Shown here in pieces: positions 57,253 to 64,000 of a stretch of DNA of 64,000 bases. Within the stretch, counting starts at the first letter, position 1; each line of letters opens with the position of its first letter. The translations under genes and the position numbers were made by a program. The notes under the pieces were generated by a model that saw nothing but the letters and a program-made list of their open reading frames with translations, had not been told where the DNA came from and ran no database searches. The stretch spans positions 42,594,001-42,658,000 of the forward strand of contig NC_042997.1 in assembly GCF_006345805.1 (NCBI RefSeq), in the 5' to 3' direction. The DNA comes from Octopus sinensis (lineage: Eukaryota).

Positions 57253-57548
57253 TGGAGGCGCAATGGCCTAGTGGTTGGGGCAGCGGACTTGCGGTCGTAG
57301 GATTGTGGTTTCGATTCCCAGACCAGGCGTTGTGTGTGTTTATTGAGCGAAAACACCTAAAAGCTCCACGAGGCTCTGGCAGGAGGTGGTGATCCCTGCT
57401 GTACTCCTTCACCACTCTTTTTCTTCAGTTGGCCTACTCGCTTAGCCAGCGGGGTGGCGTCATTCGAAGGCTAAAACAATGCGAACGCATTGTGACCAGC
57501 GATGTGTAACAACATCTGATGGTCTGGTCAGTCACGTGATCACGTGAT
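57253..57548 (+). mobile_element. tRNA-derived SINE sharing the head of the 41053 element but with a different tail
   Basis: First ~170 bp match the 41439 head; 3' part differs. Confidence 0.8.
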
Positions 57549-57579
57549 ATGCATATATATATATTTATATATATATAGG

Positions 57580-58435
57580 ACAACAACATGCAGTTTAATG
57601 CAGGTAAGTTCCAGGCCCTTTGCTACCGGCACACAAAGGTAAACGACATGCAGACTGGATACACTGGCCTGGGAAGAATTGCAATCCCTGAGTCAAAATC
57701 AGTGTGTGACCTGGGCATTGACATGAGCAATGATGCATCTTTCCAAGTGCATATTACTAATCTGGATGGATTCTCCGAACTTTCAGAACAAGAGAGAAGG
57801 AAACACTGATGGTCCTGTGGAAAACTTTCATCCTCAGCCGCTTGGACTACTGCTCCCAACTATGGTCACCACACAATATAAAACTAACAGCAGAACTTGA
57901 AGCAATTCAAAGAAACTACACAAAGAAGATCGTCTCAATGCAAAATATCAGCTACTGGGAAAGACTGAAAGTATTAAACCTCTTCTCCCTAGAGCGGAGG
58001 CGGGAGAGATATGCGGTGATATACATCTGGAAGATCCTGGAGGGTCTTGTCCCAAACTTTGGCATTCAAAGTTACCCCAACCGCAGAACAGGGCGCCACT
58101 GCATGGTGCCAAAGATTCCAACATCACCATCAAAATACAGATCCAGATAATGCAACAGCTTGGGTTTCAGAGCACCACAGCTCTTTAACATCCTCCCTAA
58201 ATGCCTGAGAGACTTACATGGTGTGGATGTGGGTTTCTTTAAAGCTAAACTGGATCTCTTCTTGTCGGGGGTCCCAGATGAACCTACCTCACGACAGGAG
58301 ACACAGATGTGGGCAGCGGCATCGAACTCCCTTGTTGACCAAGTGCCATGTATCAGAGGTGGATTCACATATTAGTGTAGCTCATTCAGCGGTGGTGCCC
58401 CTGCATGGCCGTGGCCTTCAGGCTAAAACATTTTT
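57580..58435 (+). mobile_element. CR1/L2-group LINE 3' fragment (second family)
   Basis: MQFNAGKFQAL..DLGIDMSNDASF..SRLDYCSQLWSP..LEAIQRNYTK..SYWERLKVLNLFSLERRRERY..PQLFNILP. Frameshifted. Confidence 0.9.
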
Positions 58436-58531
58436 AAGGATTTTTTTAAGGATATATATATATATATTATGTATGTATATATATGTGTGTGTGTATATTT
58501 ATATATATAGACACACACATACATATATATA

Positions 58532-59420
58532 CAGGGTGCAGTGAATATATTGTCATCTAAATTACACGAAAATGAAAATAACACTGACATCTCATTTTAA
58601 CAGACATATTTACCAAAATTACATAAAAATATCTTGAAATACTAAAAAGTAAATTTATTCAATAAAATCGCCATTAGCTTCATCCACGGCCTCCAGATGA
58701 CTTCGGAATCTCCTGCAACTCTTCTGGATGGTCTCCTTGTTTAAGTTAGTGAATGCTGCCATAATCTTTGCTTTCAGTGCATGTTTGGTGTAAAAAGGAG
58801 TATTGTTGGTCTCTCACTCAACTGTGCCCCACACATAATAATCAAGGGGGTTGCAGTCTGGGGAGTTAGGTGGCCAGATGCTAGGAGTGATGTGATCACA
58901 GAAATTGTCAGAGAGCCATGACTGGGTTCTCCTACTTGTGTGGCATGCTGCAGAGTCCTGTTTCCAGACAGGATCTTCCAGCAGCCATCCTCTTGTCCCA
59001 GGGCAGCACTACTTCCTCTTGGCACTTGATGTAAGCCTCCGTGTTGAGTTTGAGGCTGTGTGGGACAATGAATGGAGGCATAACGTCGCCATCACTAGTG
59101 ATCACTCCAAACACCATAATGTTGACCAGATGTTTGCCTTTTATCACTCTCGGTACATGTTTTGGGGACACAACAAGCCAACGGTTGTTCTGTATGTTCA
59201 CCATCAGTTTGTAGGTTTGTATTGGAGCTTCTGGTGCAAATGTGAAGCAGTACAGCATGTCATTTCCAAATGTTTGGCAGAGTGACTTGCATCATGGTAC
59301 TGGTTTTTCTAACAGATGGTGCCCAACTGACCCTACAATACTGTGTACTTGACAGAATCAAATCAAACAATGAAGAGTTAAAACAAACATGCACGAAATC
59401 AAAAATATAAAATGGAAACA
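58532..59420 (-). mobile_element. Tc1/mariner maT-family (DD37D) transposon, partial
   Basis: Terminus TA|CAGGGTG. Remnants IMVFGVITSDG and WKQDSAACH...WPPNSPDCNPLDYYVWG with 37 residues between the last two Asp. Second TIR not found. Confidence 0.85.
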
Positions 59421-60480
59421 GTTGCACCTTGATTATACATGTACACACACACACACACATGGTAAATGGGTTTGATCACACACTATTCTTGTGTTCAATC
59501 TCACACACTGCAAAGTATTTTGGATAAATAACTTTACTCTCTTGTCACATACTGATTTTGTTATACTGATTCTGCATGAGAATTGCATGAATGATATGTC
59601 TGTAGAATTCAGGAGCAGGTAATTCAGATGATCCTAGCCATTGTTTTTCACCCCAATCACACTTTGGCTCTGAGGTATGATATTGATCACTTTATTTTCA
59701 CTCATGAAGACAACAGCCAAAAGAACATGATAAACTAAGTGTAAATCTCATTCTTTAATAAATATCTATGCAGGTGATTATTGGCTGTGACCGAGAACCA
59801 AAAGAAATAAGCTCAAATGGAGAAAAGTATTTCCATAAATATTTGAATTAATGAATGAAAAAGAAAATGCATAATGCAAAAAAAAAAAGACAAGGAAAAA
59901 TAAGAGAGAGAAACACACAGACAGACAAGAACAGAGTAAAAGAAGAAATAAACTGCATCAAAGAACTGGTTGTTTTTCCCCCAAAATTCCCGAAACAAAA
60001 TATCTATTGGATTGGTTGAAAATATAAAAAATAATTATCTCAGAATCTTTTCAGTTTCTGAAAGTTTCTATAAAATATTGATCTTCATAAAGCGGCAATT
60101 CTTCAAAAGGCTTTCAAATATTAATGAAGGAATAAAAATCCTTAAATGTCAAACTTGCTTGCTGAAGGAGCTTGACATTGAAGGAATTTAACATTGAAGG
60201 AGTTTTCTTATCTGTTAGTTATCATCACCTTCAGGTTCTTCAATAAGTGTATATAACCTGCAGCAAAGGAAAACATTGTTAGGCATTGATCATCATAAAA
60301 AGAAAAATATTTAAAAATTATTTATTAAATAGAGAGGTACTTGATATATAAAGAGGTACTCAAATAGACTAACTTTACCATTTTGTTATCAAATTTTTGT
60401 TGAAATAAATACACTGCCTTTATTTCAGTTAATTTTGGAGATGATGAAGAACTGAGTAAAATTACTTTTGTTGTTATTAA

Positions 60481-60700
60481 CCCTTTTGATACCAACCCGG
60501 CTGAAACCGGCTTTGGCTCTGAGTACAAATGTCTCGTTTTCATAAGTTTTGAATTAAAATCTTCCAATAAATCTTAGTCACAATCTATGTTCCTAACACT
60601 AATTGAATGATAACTAAGTTATTTTACTAAATTCTTTGTTATATTTAAAGTAATTGAAAGAAACATGAAGCATCTCAAAATAAATACAGTAACGAAAGGG
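60481..60700. mobile_element. TTAA-flanked MITE nested in an older related MITE
   Basis: TTAA|CCCTTT...AAAGGG|TTAA. The flanks join into a sequence similar to 52382-52610. Confidence 0.7.
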
Positions 60701-60977
60701 TTAAATTGGTGCTTGGAACATAAATTAACATGGAATTTTAATGGTAGATTTAAGTTTAGATTTCTTTTAAACAGGAAGTTTGTATCATCCAACCAAGACT
60801 GGCTTCAGGCAGTTTGGTAGCAAATGGATGCGTCTAGCAAGTAAACATGAAAAGATTTGAGATTAAATTCTTTTAGAAAGTTAGAAGAAAGAATGATATG
60901 ATGGAAAAACCGAAAAAGGTATAGGAGGAAAAAAACTGAATAAAGAGTCAAGTTAGTTATTTTGCCTAATAACAAAC

Positions 60978-61157
60978 ATGAGTACATGGACTCTCATGAG
61001 TAGATGGACTCTCATGAGTAGATGGACCCTCATGAGTAGATGGACCCTCATGAGTAGATGGACCCTCATGAGTAGATGGACCCTCATGAGTAGATGGACT
61101 CTCATGAGTAGATGGACTCTCATGAGTAGATGGACTCTCATGAGTAGATGGACTCTC
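60978..61157. repeat. 18-bp minisatellite ATGAGTAGATGGAC(T/C)CTC x10
   Basis: Direct reading; gives periodic MSRWTL-type ORFs. Confidence 0.95.
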
Positions 61158-62384
61158 GTGTCCTTCCTGATGTATGAGCATCTTGTGGTTTGTTCAAATG
61201 GATAATCTACTCATTCAATTAGTGTGCCATGTGGCTAAAAATCTCACAGGTATGTGTACCTTTAATAAGAAGCATCTTAGTAGCACTATAGGCCTCCAGG
61301 TAAATCAAGAAAATCAATGCATTGGGGTCCTATAGTGTTTATTTATTGGTGCAAGTTGCAGCATTTGTCGATTAGAATTGAGCTCCTAGATTCATGTGAC
61401 CCCCACACAACTGTCAAGTGTGCCAATAGCTTAGTATAATCCTCCGGCAGAATCAGTGTGGTCCAAGTGTGGCAAGGCTGGACCTTTGACTTATAGGCAG
61501 AGTCCATCTGATATGTTTCTATTCAGTTTCTCTCTACCTATATTCACGCACAAGACTTGAGTTGACCTAAATTTACAGTAAAAATGCCCTTATCTAAGAT
61601 GCTATGTAATGCTATGTAATCTGGGAGCTCACTTAGCTGTGTCTATATCTATAAACATGATCTCATATAATCCAATAAATAATGTGAATCCATAATTATT
61701 TGTGCTCAAACAAATGCACAACTGTTTATTCACAGCCCTAGATACAGATGCAACAGTGATCAGTGAATTGGTGGTGATGAAAGTGTTTTGAAACAAATAA
61801 AAACTCTAACAAAATGATAGATAGATATATAATTAATAATGCATGTCTTTATTAGATATTTTACTTACAATTTCAGCTCAAAGGAATGTCTATAAAGAAA
61901 GCTGCTTATTAATAAGCTATGAGTATGCAATATTTACTGAAATAAAGTAATTATTAAAGTCTGCACTAACTAGAAAATTCTCAAAAATTCCACTTTTAAT
62001 CTATTAAAATTCTTTTCTTAGTGAAAATTTTTAGTACACGACTCAGTTGGAAACCTAATTTTAGTTCACTGTGAGACAGTCACCGTTTTTTAACATGTTA
62101 CTACAATGCAGTCTCTCTCTCTCTCTCTCTCTCTTTACTACCTCCAGGTTGTTTTATGCTAGTATAAACAAAGAATTTAAGGAATATAACAAAAATGGAA
62201 CGACTAAAAAAGAATCTTTTTCTTTTTGCTTTTGCAGGTTTAAATTCATTTTTATTTATTTACTGAAACCATTAATTAATAAATATGAGGGTAGCAAAAA
62301 AATTCCAGAAAAAATTCTAGAAAAATTTTCCGCTACCAGCGGCCTAGTGAGAAAGAAAAGATAGTCAAAGACTATATAATATAC

Positions 62385-62672
62385 ATTCAACAATATTAAG
62401 GAATGGCCCTGATAGGCCATTCGACTCACTAGAAAGAGCAGCCAAACTCAAACCGCTAAATAGTTGTAATTCTGAAATTGGAAGAGAAATAAAAACATTT
62501 ACCCTTTTCATCTCTGGACTATGCATAGTTTCGACAAGTCCAGAGATGAAAAGGGTAAATGTTTTTATTTCTCTTCCAATTTCAGAATTACAACTATTTA
62601 GCGGTTTGAGTTTGGCTGCTCTTTCTAGTGAGTCGAATGGCCTATCAGGGCCATTCCTTAATATTGTTGAAT
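62385..62672. repeat. Perfect 136-bp inverted repeat with 16-bp spacer
   Basis: 62385-62520 is the exact reverse complement of 62537-62672. Confidence 0.95.
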
Positions 62673-62912
62673 ATTTACTGAAACCAATGAGATAATTTTT
62701 GTAAATTTTTTTTAACTGCAAGATGTTTGTTCTACTCAACCAAGAGGATTCATTTGTCAGCCAAACTAGCAAGAAGTATAATTTTGTGCATAATGCAATG
62801 GCTCTGAGCCAATCAAAGAGCCTCCTTGACATTGTGAAAATAGCAGCCAAATCTATATCAAACCAATTCAAGATATTCTGAATCTAGAAAAACCCAGTCT
62901 GGACAATCAGGG

Positions 62913-63716
62913 TTGAAATGGAAGAAACGTTGTCAAAATTCCAGTGGAGCAGATTTAGCTATTAAACCTGCTCACGATAAAATCTGTTTGGATTCTCCCT
63001 CACTTGTCCTTCCCATTAATGCCAATGCTCAACCAATTCTGAACGATCTTGATGTGAGTTCATCTGGGGAGTGGTGCTCCCCCAAACCGAAGAAGAGGCA
63101 GTGCAGTTCCAAACCAGGCGGGAAAGTTATGACCACTAAACCCATTCCGATCGACCCCAAAGGCCAACATAAGTCTGATGGCTATGAAACCACCCTTTCA
63201 AAATCATCCAATGAAGAATCGAATGCCGCAGCTCATAGTAGAGAACAGAAAGACCATTTTGCCCACTCACGATCAGCAATCATTTATGGTAAAGCTGAAT
63301 CCACCTGTGATACAGGCATAAACCTTTTAAAAGAAGACATCAATTTTGTTTCCGTTTTAGTTGGAGAATTGTTCTCTGTCAACGAAAATGTCAGTATCCA
63401 TAAGGTCGCTCGGCTAGGAAGATTCCGAGCAAACTCAACCTCAGACACTAGACCACGCCCAATAAGAGTAATCTTTTCTTCCGATCAGGAGGCTTCAACC
63501 TTTCTGAACAGAGCTCAGATGCATGCCTGGGAGGACCCCAATATGGGTTTTCACGAGGAATACTCACTGGGAGGGAGAATTCGCAGGAGAAACCTAATAT
63601 CAGAACTGAAGATGAGAAAACAGATGGGAGAGAAGGGTTTACGCATCCAAGATGGACAAATAATCAAGTCCTACCTCTGGTCGCATGCTGTAGTGCTGAC
63701 AGGGAAAGTGAATTGA
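62913..63716 (+). mobile_element. LINE ORF1-like ORF (CR1/L2 group)
   Basis: AIIYGKAES..VARLGR..RPRPIRVIF..RRNLISELKMRKQMGEKGLRIQDGQI is typical of CR1/L2 ORF1 C-terminal halves. The track start is TTG; the frame is open from 62844. Confidence 0.75.
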
Positions 63717-63727
63717 GGGCGAATTGA

Positions 63728-64000
63728 AGTAAAGTAGATACCCCCGTCAACGATGCTTTCTCTGATACCCCTTATTCTGCTTGTTCCCCAATTCCCGCCC
63801 CTCAAACTTCACAGCTCAGCATTGTCTATACCAACTCGTGCTCCTTATTTCCAAAGTTCAGCGAACTATTTACACTGGCCATGCGTGATTCCCCAGATGT
63901 GATAGCTATCACCGAGACTTGGCTGACTCCTGCAGTAAAGGACTCGGAAATCCACCTACAGGGCTACGCCCTCTTCAGGTGTGACAGAGAAAAAGGCGAG
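63728..64000 (+). mobile_element. LINE ORF2 start: apurinic-like endonuclease domain, runs off window
   Basis: Frame open to the window end: LSIVYTNSCSLFPKFSEL..PDVIAITETWL..EIHLQGYALFRCDR. Not in the ORF track. Confidence 0.9.

Noticed and set aside
56370-57356. 328-aa and other YI/CV/HT/RE-repeat ORFs throughout the window
   Set aside because: Dinucleotide microsatellites lack stops in several frames, so these are artefactual ORFs.
60978-61157. Possible CRISPR array (also the 55-bp and 17-bp repeats)
   Set aside because: Units are directly tandem with no unique spacers, the context is eukaryotic and no cas genes are present.
62505-62550. GAAAC-TATGCATA-GTC (minus strand) in the fold-back spacer as a hammerhead half
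   Set aside because: No CUGANGA or G3:C8 equivalent adjoining a stem II; the palindrome is better explained as the fold-back junction.
62365-62871. 168-aa minus-strand ORF
   Set aside because: Runs through the perfect palindrome antisense to the LINE and has no recognisable domain.

Overview
AT-rich, repeat-dense animal genomic DNA. The SINE/LINE/Helitron content and extreme TA/CA/GAT microsatellite load suggest an octopus or other coleoid cephalopod (inference). Two intron-containing genes sit head-to-head with ATGs 284 bp apart. CISD3 (minus strand) has 3 exons (22584-22525, 13997-13803, 8343-8149), 149 aa and two intact CDGSH 2Fe-2S motifs. SPAG6/PF16 (plus strand) has 9 exons (22869-54141) and encodes a 509-aa armadillo-repeat axonemal protein. 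All splice sites are GT-AG and exon phases add up. An RFX X-box lies in the shared promoter. The rest is transposon-derived: RTE, CR1 and HERO-like LINE fragments, the start of a CR1/L2-type LINE running off the right end, mariner (DD34D), maT (DD37D) and pogo-like remnants, non-autonomous Helitrons, TTAA-type and other MITEs, several tRNA-derived SINE families, minisatellites and long fold-back palindromes. Highlights are (1) minimal type I hammerhead-ribozyme motifs of the Penelope-LTR kind, two canonical plus a G3:C8 core-swapped variant and an A6U variant, and (2) the CISD3-SPAG6 adjacency, which matches two paralogous human regions and may be an ancient linkage. No CRISPR array, rRNA or true tRNA gene was found.
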